64,000 nt of DNA from Candidatus Omnitrophota bacterium (GTDB lineage Bacteria; Omnitrophota; Gorgyraeia; Zapsychrales; Zapsychraceae). Below the pieces are notes generated by a model. That model had not been told where the DNA came from and searched no databases. It saw only the letters and a program-made list of their open reading frames with translations. Shown piece by piece: positions 22,233-32,947 of the stretch. Numbering within the stretch: position 1 is the stretch's first letter; the number at the start of each line of letters is the position of its first letter. Location: contig JAJDCA010000014.1 of assembly GCA_029261055.1 (NCBI GenBank), forward strand, positions 207,984-271,983, read 5' to 3'. Position numbers and translations under genes: made by a program.

Positions 22233-23072
22233 ATGGGTATTAAAAGATTTAAACCAACAACTAGCACATTACGCCATACAAAAATTTCGGATTTTGCTGA
22301 AATTACAAAGTCAAAACCGGAAAAGTCTTTGCTTCGTCCATTGAAGAAAACTGGAGGGCGCAATGTCTATGGGAGAATTACAGCGAGACACCGTGGTGGT
22401 GGGCATAAGCGAATGTATCGACTCATAGATTTTAAACGTGATCGAATTGATGAAAATGCAGAAGTTTTAGCTATTGAATATGATCCAAACCGTTCATGTC
22501 GAATTGCATTAATTCAGTACGAGGATGAGACAAAATCATACATTCTTGCGCCGCTAGAAGTGACCGTTGGGGATAAGTTGATGAGTACCTATGATAAAGA
22601 AATTGAATTTAAAGCAGGGAATTGTATGCCTTTAAAAAGGATTCCTTTAGGTTCAGCTGTACATAACATTGAATTAAAGCCTGGGAAAGGTGGACAAATT
22701 GCGCGTTCTGCTGGTGTCTCAGCCCAGATTATGGCGAAAGAAGGCGCATTTTGCTTTATCCGTATGCCATCCAGTGAAGTAAGAAAAATTAATATTGAGT
22801 GTCGTTCAACGATTGGGCAAATTGGTAATGTTGAACATGAATCACAAACTATAGGTAAGGCTGGAAGAATGCGTTGGCTGGGACGGCGAGGTAAGGTTCG
22901 CGGTGTGGTAATGAATCCCGTTGACCATCCGCATGGCGGTGGTGAAGGAAAGGCTCCGCAGGGTAATCCACATCCTGTTACTCCTTGGGGAAAAGCTACT
23001 AAAGGTTTGAAAACACGGAAAAAGCAAAAATATTCACAAAAATATATTGTTAGAAGACGAGGGGCAAAATAA
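22233..23072 (+). CDS. rplB: 50S ribosomal protein L2
   Basis: [20 protein letters not shown]. Confidence 0.99.
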   Translation: MGIKRFKPTTSTLRHTKISDFAEITKSKPEKSLLRPLKKTGGRNVYGRITARHRGGGHKRMYRLIDFKRDRIDENAEVLAIEYDPNRSCRIALIQYEDETKSYILAPLEVTVGDKLMSTYDKEIEFKAGNCMPLKRIPLGSAVHNIELKPGKGGQIARSAGVSAQIMAKEGAFCFIRMPSSEVRKINIECRSTIGQIGNVEHESQTIGKAGRMRWLGRRGKVRGVVMNPVDHPHGGGEGKAPQGNPHPVTPWGKATKGLKTRKKQKYSQKYIVRRRGAK

Positions 23073-23074
23073 AG

Positions 23075-23362
23075 ATGGCACGTTCGATTAAAAAAGGGCC
23101 GTATATTGAAGAAACATTATTAAAGAAATTAAAACGGATGATGGATACTGGGCAAAAATTGCCTATTAAAACATGGTCAAGGCGATCAACCATTACCCCT
23201 GAATTTGTAGGTTACACTGTGTCAGTGCATAATGGAAAAAAGCATATTCCAGTGTATGTTACAGAAAACATGGTTGGGTATAAGTTTGGAGAGTTTTCCT
23301 CTACACGAACATTTAAAAAGCATGGTGGAGTTAAAGCCAAGAAAGCAGCTCAAAAGACATAG
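23075..23362 (+). CDS. rpsS: 30S ribosomal protein S19
   Basis: RSIKKGP, TWSRRS, HNGK. Confidence 0.98.
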   Translation: MARSIKKGPYIEETLLKKLKRMMDTGQKLPIKTWSRRSTITPEFVGYTVSVHNGKKHIPVYVTENMVGYKFGEFSSTRTFKKHGGVKAKKAAQKT

Positions 23363-23374
23363 GGCATTATTCAT

Positions 23375-23707
23375 ATGATATCTACAGCAAAAGGAAAATA
23401 TATTCGCACGTCACCTACAAAAATTAGGCAAGTAATTGATCTAATTAGGGGGAAGGATGTTTCTTCAGCTCAAGCAGTGTTAACGCATTTAGCTAAAGGA
23501 TCAACGCAGGTAATTAATAAAATTTTAGCATCAGCAGTCAATAATGCGGAACAAAAAGGCTTAACTCAAGAACAACTTTTCATTTCAAAAATTCATGCTG
23601 ATCAAGGACGAACCGAAAAACGATTTAGAGCTGCTGCTTTTGGGCGTGCCACGGGTATTAGAAAGAAAAGTACACACTTAACCATAGAATTAGATTTAAT
23701 CGCTTAG
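23375..23707 (+). CDS. rplV: 50S ribosomal protein L22
   Basis: IRTSPTK, SAVNNA; synteny. Confidence 0.96.
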   Translation: MISTAKGKYIRTSPTKIRQVIDLIRGKDVSSAQAVLTHLAKGSTQVINKILASAVNNAEQKGLTQEQLFISKIHADQGRTEKRFRAAAFGRATGIRKKSTHLTIELDLIA

Positions 23708-23717
23708 GAGAATATTA

Positions 23718-24371
23718 ATGGGTCAAAAAGTAAGTCCTATTGCATTAAGGCTGGGATATATTGAAAATTGGAGAAGTCTTTGGTTTGCGGAAAAACAACA
23801 ATACAGCCAAAATATTATTGAAGATAATAAAATTAGAACGTACATAAAGAAAAAATTTATACAAGCTGCTGTAGCTAATGTAATTATTGAACGTTTGGCA
23901 GAAAAAATAAAAGTAATTATTCATACCGCTCGGCCAGGGGTAATTATTGGAAGAAGAGGCGCCGATATTGACCGATTGAAGGAAGGGTTAGCAAAAATTA
24001 CAACGAAAGAAATTACTGTTGATCCAAGGGAAATTAAAATGCCCTCTGCAGAGGCTCAACTTGTTGCTCAAAATATTGCTTTTCAATTAGAAAAACGTAT
24101 TGCCTTTAGACGAGCAATGAAACGGGCTCTTGACCAGGCTATGAATTCGGGTGTTAAAGGTATTAAAATAAAATGTTCCGGACGTCTTAATGGGATTGAA
24201 ATGGCACGTAAAGAATCTTATCAGTTAGGAAAACTTCCCTTGCATACCTTTAGGGCAAAAATTGATTATGGTTTTGCTGAAGCATTCACAACATATGGTG
24301 TTCTTGGGGTTAAAGTTTGGATTAATAAGGGCGAAGTTATTAAAGAAATAAAGAGGCAGGGTAACAAATGA
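23718..24371 (+). CDS. rpsC: 30S ribosomal protein S3
   Basis: MGQKV, RPGVIIG, GRLNG, GVKVWI. Confidence 0.98.
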   Translation: MGQKVSPIALRLGYIENWRSLWFAEKQQYSQNIIEDNKIRTYIKKKFIQAAVANVIIERLAEKIKVIIHTARPGVIIGRRGADIDRLKEGLAKITTKEITVDPREIKMPSAEAQLVAQNIAFQLEKRIAFRRAMKRALDQAMNSGVKGIKIKCSGRLNGIEMARKESYQLGKLPLHTFRAKIDYGFAEAFTTYGVLGVKVWINKGEVIKEIKRQGNK

Positions 24372-24778
24372 TTTTAATGCCAAGAAAAATTAAATACCGT
24401 AAATCTCAAAAAGGAAAAATGCGTGGCTTGGCAACGGTAGGGAATAAGATTCATTTTGGGGAGTATGGAATAAAAGCTTTGGAAAATGGTTATATACGGG
24501 CAAATCATATTGAAGCCTGTCGTATTGTAGTTGCGCGAAAGATGAAAGGTGCAGGAAAATTGTGGATCAATATTTTTCCGCATAAACCAGTTTCAAAAAA
24601 GCCGGCTGAAACACGTATGGGTAAGGGTAAGGGCGATTTAGATCATTGGGTCGCTGTTGTCAAAAGAGGAAAAGTACTATTTGAAATTAGTGGAGTTCCT
24701 GAAGACTTTGCAAAAATGATTTTTCGATTAGTTTCATTTAAACTTCCTATTAAAACAAAATTTGTATCACGTGCATAA
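24368..24778 (+). CDS. rplP: 50S ribosomal protein L16
   Basis: ETRMGKGKG. Confidence 0.98.
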   Translation: MILMPRKIKYRKSQKGKMRGLATVGNKIHFGEYGIKALENGYIRANHIEACRIVVARKMKGAGKLWINIFPHKPVSKKPAETRMGKGKGDLDHWVAVVKRGKVLFEISGVPEDFAKMIFRLVSFKLPIKTKFVSRA

Positions 24779-24789
24779 GGAATAATTCA

Positions 24790-25008
24790 ATGAAAGCGGT
24801 TAAATTTAGAGATTTGGGTAAGGAAGAATTAATTGAGAAAGAAAAAGGAATTAAAAAAGATCTTTTTGACCTTACCTATCAACGAAAAATTGGACAAGTA
24901 GAAAAGCCTCATCAATTTAAGGCATTTAAAAAAGATATTGCAAGAATTATGACCATTTTAAGGGAAAGAGATTTATCTAATGAGCGAAACGACAAAAAGA
25001 CAGAATAG
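24790..25008 (+). CDS. rpmC: 50S ribosomal protein L29
   Basis: KKDIARIMT; synteny. Confidence 0.94.
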   Translation: MKAVKFRDLGKEELIEKEKGIKKDLFDLTYQRKIGQVEKPHQFKAFKKDIARIMTILRERDLSNERNDKKTE

Positions 25009-25240
25009 AAGACGGTTTTTACAAGGTACAGTCCTTAGTGATAAAATGGACAAAACTCGGGTAGTTCAAGTTAAGTGGGGAACTAAACATAAAATGTATC
25101 AAAAAATTATGCGTGTTGCGACAAAATATAAAGCGCATGATGAAAAAAATGAATCAAAGGCAGGAGATGTTGTCCGTATGATGGAGACAAGGCCTCTTTC
25201 TAAAGATAAAAGGTGGGTTATTTTAGAAGTCGTAAAATAA
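24980..25240 (+). CDS. rpsQ: 30S ribosomal protein S17
   Basis: SDKMDKT, ETRPLSKDKRW. Confidence 0.97.
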   Translation: MSETTKRQNRRRFLQGTVLSDKMDKTRVVQVKWGTKHKMYQKIMRVATKYKAHDEKNESKAGDVVRMMETRPLSKDKRWVILEVVK

Positions 25241-25251
25241 TAATTATTATT

Positions 25252-25620
25252 ATGATTTATATGAAAACAATTTTAGATGTAGCAGATAATTCAGGCGCTC
25301 GTAAGGCTTCAATGATTGGAGTCTTGAATGCCAAGGGGAGACGGTGTGCCCATGTTGGGGATATTGTTCGAGTAAATATTAAAGAGTCTTCTCCTGAAGC
25401 CGCTATTAAAAAAGGGGAAAAGGCAAAAGGTATTATCGTACGAACGAAGTCACCTATAAGGCGTCAAGATGGAACGTATGTTAGGTTTGATACTAATGCG
25501 ATTGTGATTATTGATGATGCAGGTAATCCAAAAGGAACACGTGTTTTTGGGCCTGTCGCGCGTGAGTTAAGAAATATGGATTATATGAAAATTATTTCCT
25601 TAGCTCCAGAAGTTGTTTAA
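25252..25620 (+). CDS. rplN: 50S ribosomal protein L14
   Basis: VADNSGA, GTRVFGPVARELR; start set at MIYMKT. Confidence 0.98.
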   Translation: MIYMKTILDVADNSGARKASMIGVLNAKGRRCAHVGDIVRVNIKESSPEAAIKKGEKAKGIIVRTKSPIRRQDGTYVRFDTNAIVIIDDAGNPKGTRVFGPVARELRNMDYMKIISLAPEVV

Positions 25621-25646
25621 AATTTTAATTTAAAGAGATTCGAAAA

Positions 25647-25958
25647 ATGTTAAATATTAAAAAAAATGACCAAGTCTGTATCATAGCAGGGAAAGATAAA
25701 GGCAAAAAAGGAAAGGTTCTTAAAATTTTTCCAAAAGCACAACGCATCCTTGTAGAAAATATTAATATTGTCAAAAAAGCTCAAAGAAAAACTCAAGAAA
25801 ATCAGCAGGGAGGATTTCTTGAAATAGAGGCACCCATGCATATTTCTAATGTGATGCTTTTTGACAAGAAAGTCAATAAACCAGCTCGTTTTGGAGTATC
25901 CATTCTAAAGGATGGCACAAAAGTACGCATAAGTAAGAAAAGCGGAGAGGCTATTTAA
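25647..25958 (+). CDS. rplX: 50S ribosomal protein L24
   Basis: [19 protein letters not shown]. Confidence 0.97.
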   Translation: MLNIKKNDQVCIIAGKDKGKKGKVLKIFPKAQRILVENINIVKKAQRKTQENQQGGFLEIEAPMHISNVMLFDKKVNKPARFGVSILKDGTKVRISKKSGEAI

Positions 25959-25959
25959 A

Positions 25960-26505
25960 GTGAGCACAAAATTACAAAAAAAATATAATGATGAATTTCT
26001 TCCAAAAATGATGGACAAATTTGGTATTAAGAATAAAATGGCTGTTCCACGCCTTGAAAAAATTTCCATTAATATGGGTGTTGGTAAAGCAATTGGGGAT
26101 ATGAAAATATTAGAGGGTGCCTTAAAAGACTTAACCAATATAACTGGACAAAAACCTGTTATGACACGAGCTAAAGTCGCTATCTCTAATTTTAAATTAC
26201 GTGAAGATATGCCAATTGGATGTAAGGTAACATTACGGCGTGCACGTATGTATGAATTTTTAGACCGATTAGTTAACGTTACTTTGCCTCGAATTCGGGA
26301 TTTTAATGGGGTTCCAAAAAAATCATTTGATAAGCAAGGAAACTATACCATGGGCATTGTGGATCAAGCAATATTTCCAGAAATTGATACAGGAAAAATG
26401 CCCTATACTCAAGGGATGGATATAACTATTGTATTTAACCATGGCCCCAAAGAATGGACCTCTGAATTATTGGTACTTTTTGGGATGCCATTTACTAAGA
26501 AATAA
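25960..26505 (+). CDS. rplE: 50S ribosomal protein L5
   Basis: ITGQKP, LPRIRDF. Confidence 0.98.
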   Translation: MSTKLQKKYNDEFLPKMMDKFGIKNKMAVPRLEKISINMGVGKAIGDMKILEGALKDLTNITGQKPVMTRAKVAISNFKLREDMPIGCKVTLRRARMYEFLDRLVNVTLPRIRDFNGVPKKSFDKQGNYTMGIVDQAIFPEIDTGKMPYTQGMDITIVFNHGPKEWTSELLVLFGMPFTKK

Positions 26506-26508
26506 CCT

Positions 26509-26694
26509 ATGGCTAAAAAATCATTAATTATTAAAGCACAAAGAAAACCAAAATTTTCAACACGACAGTATCACCGATGTAAGTTGTGTGGACGTTCTAA
26601 AGGGTATTTAAGGCGTTTTGCTTTGTGCCGCATTTGTTTCAGGGAGCTTGCCTGGCGAGGAGAAATCCCGGGTGTTAAAAAGGCTAGTTGGTAA
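26509..26694 (+). CDS. rpsN: 30S ribosomal protein S14 (type Z, Zn-binding)
   Basis: 61 aa; RCKLCGR...CRICFR; PGVKKASW. Confidence 0.98.
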   Translation: MAKKSLIIKAQRKPKFSTRQYHRCKLCGRSKGYLRRFALCRICFRELAWRGEIPGVKKASW

Positions 26695-26760
26695 TAGGTT
26701 TGAGCATTGAACCATTTGGTTTAAAGCATTACCAGTGTAATTAGATTAAGGAAAAGAATT

Positions 26761-27156
26761 ATGTCATTAAGTGATCCAATCAGCAATATGCTGACTAATA
26801 TTCGAAACGGTGTTCAAGTGAGGAAAGAATTTGTTGATATTCCTGCTTCGAAAATTATAGGCAAAATTTTAGATGTTTTTAAAAGCGATGGATATATTGA
26901 AGATTGCCGATTAATGAAAGATAATATTCAAGGCAATTACAAAGTATATTTGAAATATGACAGTAAAAAACCTGTTATTATTGGAATGAAAAGGATATCA
27001 AAACCTGGATTAAGAATTTATGTTCAGAAAGATGAAATCCCGCGGGTATTAAATGGTTTAGGCACAGCTGTTATTTCTACTTCTAAAGGAATTATGAGTG
27101 GCAGAGAGGCTCGTAAATTAAAAATTGGTGGCGAAATTTTATGCCACATATGGTGA
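26761..27156 (+). CDS. rpsH: 30S ribosomal protein S8
   Basis: DPISNMLT, SKPGLRIY, STSKG. Confidence 0.98.
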   Translation: MSLSDPISNMLTNIRNGVQVRKEFVDIPASKIIGKILDVFKSDGYIEDCRLMKDNIQGNYKVYLKYDSKKPVIIGMKRISKPGLRIYVQKDEIPRVLNGLGTAVISTSKGIMSGREARKLKIGGEILCHIW

Positions 27157-27162
27157 TCGATT

Positions 27163-27702
27163 ATGTCAAGAAAAGGTAAAGTACCAATAGAAATTCCTGA
27201 AAAGGTTAAAGCAATCGTAGATGCTCGGAAAGTGAGTATTGAAGGGCCAAATGGAAAGTTACATTTAGATGTTCCTTCTGGTATTAATATTGAGCAGAAT
27301 GATAAGAATTTGATCGTTACCCGAGCTAATAATGTAAAACAAAATAGAGCAAATCATGGAACTGTACGTGCTAATTTAGCAAATATGATTGTCGGTGTAA
27401 CAACAGGGCATAAAAAGGATTTAGAATTGCAGGGAATTGGTATTCGAGCTCAATTACAAGGAACAAAAATAGTATTCAGCCTTGGATTCAGTCATCCTGT
27501 TGAATTTTTAGTGCCTAAAGATGTTAAAGTGACTATTCCGAATCAAACATCTATTTCCATTGAAGGGGCTAACTGTGTTTTGGTTGGGTTGATCGCTTCA
27601 AAAATTAGAGATTTAAAGCCTGTTGAGCCTTATAAAGGCAAGGGTATAAGGTATCTTGGGGAAATTGTTAGAAGGAAACAAGGAAAGTCTGTAGCTAAAT
27701 AG
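27163..27702 (+). CDS. rplF: 50S ribosomal protein L6
   Basis: LGFSHPV, EPYKGKGIRY. Confidence 0.98.
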   Translation: MSRKGKVPIEIPEKVKAIVDARKVSIEGPNGKLHLDVPSGINIEQNDKNLIVTRANNVKQNRANHGTVRANLANMIVGVTTGHKKDLELQGIGIRAQLQGTKIVFSLGFSHPVEFLVPKDVKVTIPNQTSISIEGANCVLVGLIASKIRDLKPVEPYKGKGIRYLGEIVRRKQGKSVAK

Positions 27703-27787
27703 AAGTTATTTAAAATTTCTTTTGAGCCCCTTAATGACAAAAGAGTTTTGGAATAACTGCTAAATTTAAATTAGGAAATATTTAATA

Positions 27788-28156
27788 ATGAGCAACGTAA
27801 AAGATAAAGCATTAAAAAGAAATTTTCGTCACAAAAGAATAAGAAAAAAAATTTCAGGAACAAGTGATCAGCCTCGTGCATGCATTTATCGTAGTTTAAA
27901 AAATTTGTATGTCCAAGTTGTTGATGATACAACGCATAAAATTCTTTTAGGTCTGTCAACACAAACAAAAGAATTAAAAAATACCATTAAAAGTGGAAGT
28001 AATGTTGCTGCCGCAACTCTTCTCGGAGAGCAATTTGCTGCGGAGGCACAAAAAAAAGGAATCAAAAAAATTTGTTTTGATAGGGGCGGGTATCTTTATC
28101 ATGGCCGAGTTAAAGCTTTTGCAGAAGCGGCTCGAAAAGGTGGAATGGAGTTTTAA
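27788..28156 (+). CDS. rplR: 50S ribosomal protein L18
   Basis: FDRGGYLYHGRVKA. Confidence 0.98.
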   Translation: MSNVKDKALKRNFRHKRIRKKISGTSDQPRACIYRSLKNLYVQVVDDTTHKILLGLSTQTKELKNTIKSGSNVAAATLLGEQFAAEAQKKGIKKICFDRGGYLYHGRVKAFAEAARKGGMEF

Positions 28157-28162
28157 GACAAT

Positions 28163-28798
28163 ATGAGCACATCAAACGAAAACACTAAAAAAAACGAAGA
28201 GGAAGTAAAAGCAAAAATTAGCACTCCAGAAATTGCACCTGCAAAAACTGCACCTGCAAAAACTAATGTTCCGGTTCAGACAAATCAAAAACGAGTTCCT
28301 GGAAAAAACCGCAAAACAGGCTCCAAAAGTGAAGCGAAAGACAGTCAAGATGACGCGCCTGAAATTTCAGAGAAGGTTATTTCGATTAATCGTATTACAA
28401 AAGTGACTAAAGGTGGAAAAAAACTATCTTTTAGTGCGTTAGTCGTCGTTGGAGATATGAAAGGTAATGTGGGTTATAGTTTATCTAAAGCGCCAGAAGT
28501 AGCTACAGCTATTCGGAAGGCCATAGGCTCTGCAAAAAAGAATATGCAAAAAATCCCTATGCGTGGGACAACTATTACACATGAAATTATTGGTCAATGC
28601 GGCGGGGCACGTGTTTTGTTAAAGCCTGCTTGTGAAGGAACAGGTGTTATAGCTTCGGGGCCTGTCCGTGCCGTCTGTGATGGGGCAGGAATACATAATA
28701 TATTAACAAAATGTCATAGGTCTAATAATCCAATTAATGTGGTTAAAGCTACCATTGATGGGCTAACTCGGTTAAAAATAAATCATGCAATTAAATGA
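28163..28798 (+). CDS. rpsE: 30S ribosomal protein S5 with ~65-aa low-complexity N-terminal extension
   Basis: [25 protein letters not shown]. Confidence 0.97.
   Translation: MSTSNENTKKNEEEVKAKISTPEIAPAKTAPAKTNVPVQTNQKRVPGKNRKTGSKSEAKDSQDDAPEISEKVISINRITKVTKGGKKLSFSALVVVGDMKGNVGYSLSKAPEVATAIRKAIGSAKKNMQKIPMRGTTITHEIIGQCGGARVLLKPACEGTGVIASGPVRAVCDGAGIHNILTKCHRSNNPINVVKATIDGLTRLKINHAIK
28234..28263 (+). repeat. Perfect 15-bp tandem duplication in the S5 extension (APAKT x2)
   Basis: tgcacctgcaaaaac occurs twice in tandem. Confidence 0.85.
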
Positions 28799-29222
28799 AT
28801 TGAAATCCCCTAAGGGGTCAAGAAAACGAAAAAAAATTGTCGGTCGAGGCAAAGCATCTGGCACTGGAAAAACCAGTGGTCGTGGTGAAAATGGTCAAAA
28901 ATCACGTACAGGACGTTGGGCTGTTGGGGGTTCAGAGGGAGGGCAAATGCGTCTAATTCGACGTCTTCCTAAAGTTGGGTTTAGATGTCAAAGTCGAACA
29001 CTCTATCAAGTTGTCAATGTAGAGCGGTTAAATAATTTTGAAAAAAACACGGAAATAACAGCGGAATTTTTGAAATCCCAAGGTCTAATTAATAGCCTCA
29101 ATAAACCTTTTAAAATTTTAGGAAAGGGCAAGATAGAAAAATCTTTAATTTTTAAAGTAAAAAATCTATCCAAGTCAGCTAAAGAAAAAATTATTCAGGC
29201 TGGTGGTAAAATTGAATCATGA
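28785..29222 (+). CDS. rplO: 50S ribosomal protein L15
   Basis: [20 protein letters not shown]. Confidence 0.97.
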   Translation: MQLNELKSPKGSRKRKKIVGRGKASGTGKTSGRGENGQKSRTGRWAVGGSEGGQMRLIRRLPKVGFRCQSRTLYQVVNVERLNNFEKNTEITAEFLKSQGLINSLNKPFKILGKGKIEKSLIFKVKNLSKSAKEKIIQAGGKIES

Positions 29223-30571
29223 TTTCATCATTTCTTAATTGTTTTAAAATACCAGAATTAAAAAAGAAAATTCTGTTTACGTTGGCGCTTTTAGCTGCTT
29301 ATCGTGTGGGATGTTATATCCCTACACCGGGGGTTAATGGTGCGGTGTTGGCAGAATTTTTTCAACGCCTCAGTACATCAACGGGTGGAAGTGTTTTTGG
29401 AATAATGAATTTATTTTCAGGGGGAGCGTTGGAAAAAGCTACCGTATTTGCTTTGGGCATTATGCCATATATTTCTGCTTCAATTATTATGCAATTGCTT
29501 ACGGCTGTCATTCCAGCTTTAGAAAAATTAGCAAAAGAAGGGCAAGCAGGTTATCAAAAAATTAATCAATATACGCGTTACGGGACTTTGGTGTTAGCGT
29601 TGATTCAGTCTTTTTTTATTGCTCTTTGGCTTGAAGATAAATCGGGGGCACTTTTTCAAGGGTTGCCGGTCGTTAATAATCCAGGATGGGGATTTCGTAT
29701 TATAACAGTTTTTACTTTATCATGCGGAACGCTTTTACTTATGTGGTTAGGGGAGCAGATTCAAGAGCGAGGGATTGGAAGTGGTATTTCTCTTATTATT
29801 ACAGCAGGTATTATTTCTGCAGCACCGTCCGCTATTAGTAATTTAGCTTTGTTATTATCACCACGTTCAGGTGGGGCTGCACAATTGCAACCATTGACAC
29901 TATTAATTATGATTGGTTTTTTGATTGGAGTTATAATTTCGATTACACTTATAACACAAGCGCTAAGAAAGATTCCTGTTCAATATGCACGGCGTGTTGT
30001 TGGGCGTAAGTTATATGCAGGGCAAAGTACTTATCTTCCTCTTAAAGTAGATACTTCAGGTGTTATTGCAATCATTTTTGCCCAAAGTATTATTTTGTTT
30101 CCGGCCACATTAGCTAGTTTTATTCCGAATGCTGCTTTTCAATCGTTAGCAGGTCTAATACAGCGCGGAGGCGCTTTGTATTATATTATTTATGGTATTT
30201 TAATTATCTTCTTTTGTTATTTTTATACAGCTATTGTGTTTAACCCTGTAGATTTTGCAGAGAATATGAAAAAACAGGGAGGGTTTATTCCTGGTATTCG
30301 GCCGGGGACACAAACAGCAGATTATCTTGATTTTGTTATGACACGCATTACATTAGCTGGGGCAATATTCATTTGCTGTATCGCGATTATGCCTGATGCT
30401 ATTATGGCTTCATTTAAAGTCCCTTATCTTGTTGCCTCATTTTTTGGTGGCACAGGAATTTTAATTATTGTAGGCGTTATGCTTGATACTATGAAACAAA
30501 TTGAATCACACCTTGTTATGAGGCACTACGATGGGTTTATGAAATCCGGTCAAATCAGGGGTAGGCGATGA
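29219..30571 (+). CDS. secY: Preprotein translocase SecY
   Basis: FALGIMPYISASII, WLGEQI, FIPGIRPG. Confidence 0.98.
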   Translation: MISSFLNCFKIPELKKKILFTLALLAAYRVGCYIPTPGVNGAVLAEFFQRLSTSTGGSVFGIMNLFSGGALEKATVFALGIMPYISASIIMQLLTAVIPALEKLAKEGQAGYQKINQYTRYGTLVLALIQSFFIALWLEDKSGALFQGLPVVNNPGWGFRIITVFTLSCGTLLLMWLGEQIQERGIGSGISLIITAGIISAAPSAISNLALLLSPRSGGAAQLQPLTLLIMIGFLIGVIISITLITQALRKIPVQYARRVVGRKLYAGQSTYLPLKVDTSGVIAIIFAQSIILFPATLASFIPNAAFQSLAGLIQRGGALYYIIYGILIIFFCYFYTAIVFNPVDFAENMKKQGGFIPGIRPGTQTADYLDFVMTRITLAGAIFICCIAIMPDAIMASFKVPYLVASFFGGTGILIIVGVMLDTMKQIESHLVMRHYDGFMKSGQIRGRR

Positions 30572-31230
30572 GATTAGTTTTATTGGGTGCTCCTGGAGCA
30601 GGTAAGGGTACTTTGGCAAGTTCTTTGAAAAATAAGTTTGGTTTAACGCATATATCAACAGGCGATATTCTTAGGGAAGAAATCAAAAATAATACACCAC
30701 TTGGTCAAGAAGCTAAAAAATACATTGAAAGTGGTGGCCTTGTGCCAGATGATGTTGTAACAAAACTTATCGAACATAAATTCTTAAATGATAAACAAAC
30801 TGAATTAGGATATATGCTTGATGGTTTTCCAAGAACAAAGCAACAAGCGGAAGACCTAGATAAAATTTTAGTAAATATTAAGCTTCCTATAGAGCAGGCC
30901 ATTTATATGGAAGCAACATTACCCGTTATCATAGTTCGTTTAATTGGTAGGCGTGTGTGTCGCGATTGTGGTGAACTATTTCATATTAAAAATAAGCCAT
31001 CAATCAAAGAAGGGGTATGTGATATTTGTGAAGGTGAATTATATCAAAGATCTGATGATAATGAAGAAACAATAAAAACGCGCCTGGATGTTTATGTCAA
31101 AAATGTTACACCTATAATTTCATTTTATGAAGCACAAAATAAGCTTATAAAATTAAATGCTGATAATGATTCTGCAAAGCTTCAAGAAAATTTGATTCGG
31201 ATACTTAATGAGGACAAAAAACTCGATTAG
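30568..31230 (+). CDS. adk: Adenylate kinase (Zn-lid type)
   Basis: GAPGAGKGT, LDGFPR, CxxC...CxxC lid. Confidence 0.97.
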   Translation: MRLVLLGAPGAGKGTLASSLKNKFGLTHISTGDILREEIKNNTPLGQEAKKYIESGGLVPDDVVTKLIEHKFLNDKQTELGYMLDGFPRTKQQAEDLDKILVNIKLPIEQAIYMEATLPVIIVRLIGRRVCRDCGELFHIKNKPSIKEGVCDICEGELYQRSDDNEETIKTRLDVYVKNVTPIISFYEAQNKLIKLNADNDSAKLQENLIRILNEDKKLD

Positions 31231-31969
31231 CATTAAATCTGATGATGAACTTAAGATCCTTCGAGAAGGAGGAATTATTTTATCATCAATTATTAAAGAA
31301 TTAAAAGGTTCTTTGACGCCCAATATAACTACCCATGAGGTAGATCAAATTGCTGAAAATTTGATAAGTAACAGAAATGTCAAGCCTGCTTTTAAAGGAT
31401 ATCGAGGATTTCCTGGATGTGTATGTGCTTCAGTTAATGAAGAAGTTGTTCATGGAATTCCAAGTGGCCGAATGTTGTTAGAGGGGGATATACTCAGTAT
31501 CGATATTGGAATAATTCATAAAGAATTTTATATGGATTCTGCTATAACCGTAGGCATTGGAAAAATAAAACCGGAATTTGAACGTCTTTTAGCGATAACA
31601 CAAGAATCCTTGTATAAAGGAATTGATCAAGCCTGTGTGAATAATCAAGTGTCAGATATATCGCATGCAATTCAAACTTTGGTCGAAGCGCATGAATATT
31701 CTATAGTAAGAGATTTTGTTGGTCATGGAATCGGAAGAAATTTACATGAAGATCCAGAAATTCCAAATTTTGGACCACCACATACAGGACCTGTTTTAAA
31801 AGAGGGTATGGTTCTTGCCATTGAACCCATGGTAAATTTAGGAACATGGAAAACAAAAATACTGAAGGATGGATGGACAGTAGCCACTGAGGATGGAAAG
31901 TTTTCAGCGCATTTTGAACACACAATTGCGATCACAAAAAATGGTCCCGAAATATTAACAAAGCAATAA
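31208..31969 (+). CDS. map: Methionine aminopeptidase type I
   Basis: SVNEEVVHGIP, GHGIG, AIEPM, SAHFEHT. Confidence 0.97.
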   Translation: MRTKNSISIKSDDELKILREGGIILSSIIKELKGSLTPNITTHEVDQIAENLISNRNVKPAFKGYRGFPGCVCASVNEEVVHGIPSGRMLLEGDILSIDIGIIHKEFYMDSAITVGIGKIKPEFERLLAITQESLYKGIDQACVNNQVSDISHAIQTLVEAHEYSIVRDFVGHGIGRNLHEDPEIPNFGPPHTGPVLKEGMVLAIEPMVNLGTWKTKILKDGWTVATEDGKFSAHFEHTIAITKNGPEILTKQ

Positions 31970-32012
31970 AAAATAATATAAAACATTTTGGTTTAAGGAG
32001 TTTATTAAAGTA

Positions 32013-32126
32013 ATGAAAGTAAAATCATCCGTAAAACGGGTTTGTAATAATTGTAAAATTGTACGAAGAAAAGGTGTTGTTCGTGTAATTTGCTCAAATC
32101 CAAAACATAAACAAAGGCAGGGGTAA
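32013..32126 (+). CDS. rpmJ: 50S ribosomal protein L36
   Basis: [37 protein letters not shown]; not in the ORF track. Confidence 0.97.
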   Translation: MKVKSSVKRVCNNCKIVRRKGVVRVICSNPKHKQRQG

Positions 32127-32129
32127 ATT

Positions 32130-32504
32130 ATGCCACGTATTCTAGGTGTTGACATTCCACGGGAAAAACGTATTGTAGCTTCATTAATATATATATATGG
32201 TATCGGATCAAAGATTGCCAGTAATATATTGGATGAAGCCACAATTGACTGTAACAGAAGAGCCAAAGACTTATCTGATGAAGAAATTGCTAAAATTACA
32301 GCAATTATTCAGAATAATTATGTTGTCGAGGGAGATCTTAGGCGAAATGTAGGTGATAATGTAAAGCGACTTATGGATATCGGAACCTATCGTGGGCTTC
32401 GACATCGAAGAGGTCTTCCTGTTCGGGGGCAAAGAACAAAAACAAATTCTAGGACAAGAAAAGGTCGAAAACCTTCTGTTGGCGGTAAAGGGAAGAGAAA
32501 ATAA
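32130..32504 (+). CDS. rpsM: 30S ribosomal protein S13
   Basis: [16 protein letters not shown]. Confidence 0.98.
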   Translation: MPRILGVDIPREKRIVASLIYIYGIGSKIASNILDEATIDCNRRAKDLSDEEIAKITAIIQNNYVVEGDLRRNVGDNVKRLMDIGTYRGLRHRRGLPVRGQRTKTNSRTRKGRKPSVGGKGKRK

Positions 32505-32516
32505 AAGGAAAAAATA

Positions 32517-32930
32517 ATGGCCAAACAACAGGCAAAAAGAAAAGACAAGGCTAAAGAAAAAGCAAAGAAAAAATCTTTAAAAGGTATTACTTCAGGTGTC
32601 GCTTTTATCAAAGCAACTTTTAATAACACTATAATTACAATAACAGGTCCTCAAGGAAATGTTATAGCGTGGTCGACGCCAGGAGTTGTTGGATTTAATG
32701 GTTCAAGAAAATCTACCCCTTTTGCGGCCCAGGTAGCCGGTTCTGATGCAGCGAGGAAAGCAAAAGATTTAGGGCTAAAAACTGTTGAAGTATTTGTAAA
32801 AGGCCCTGGATCTGGAAGGGAATCAGCCATTCGTGCTCTTCAAGCGAATGGTTTAATGGTGACGTCGATTAAAGATATTACGCCACTTCCTCATAATGGT
32901 TGTCGACCGAGGAAAAAACGCCGCGTATAG
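32517..32930 (+). CDS. rpsK: 30S ribosomal protein S11
   Basis: [23 protein letters not shown]. Confidence 0.98.
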   Translation: MAKQQAKRKDKAKEKAKKKSLKGITSGVAFIKATFNNTIITITGPQGNVIAWSTPGVVGFNGSRKSTPFAAQVAGSDAARKAKDLGLKTVEVFVKGPGSGRESAIRALQANGLMVTSIKDITPLPHNGCRPRKKRRV

Positions 32931-32947
32931 TTTTTGGGAGAATAAAT

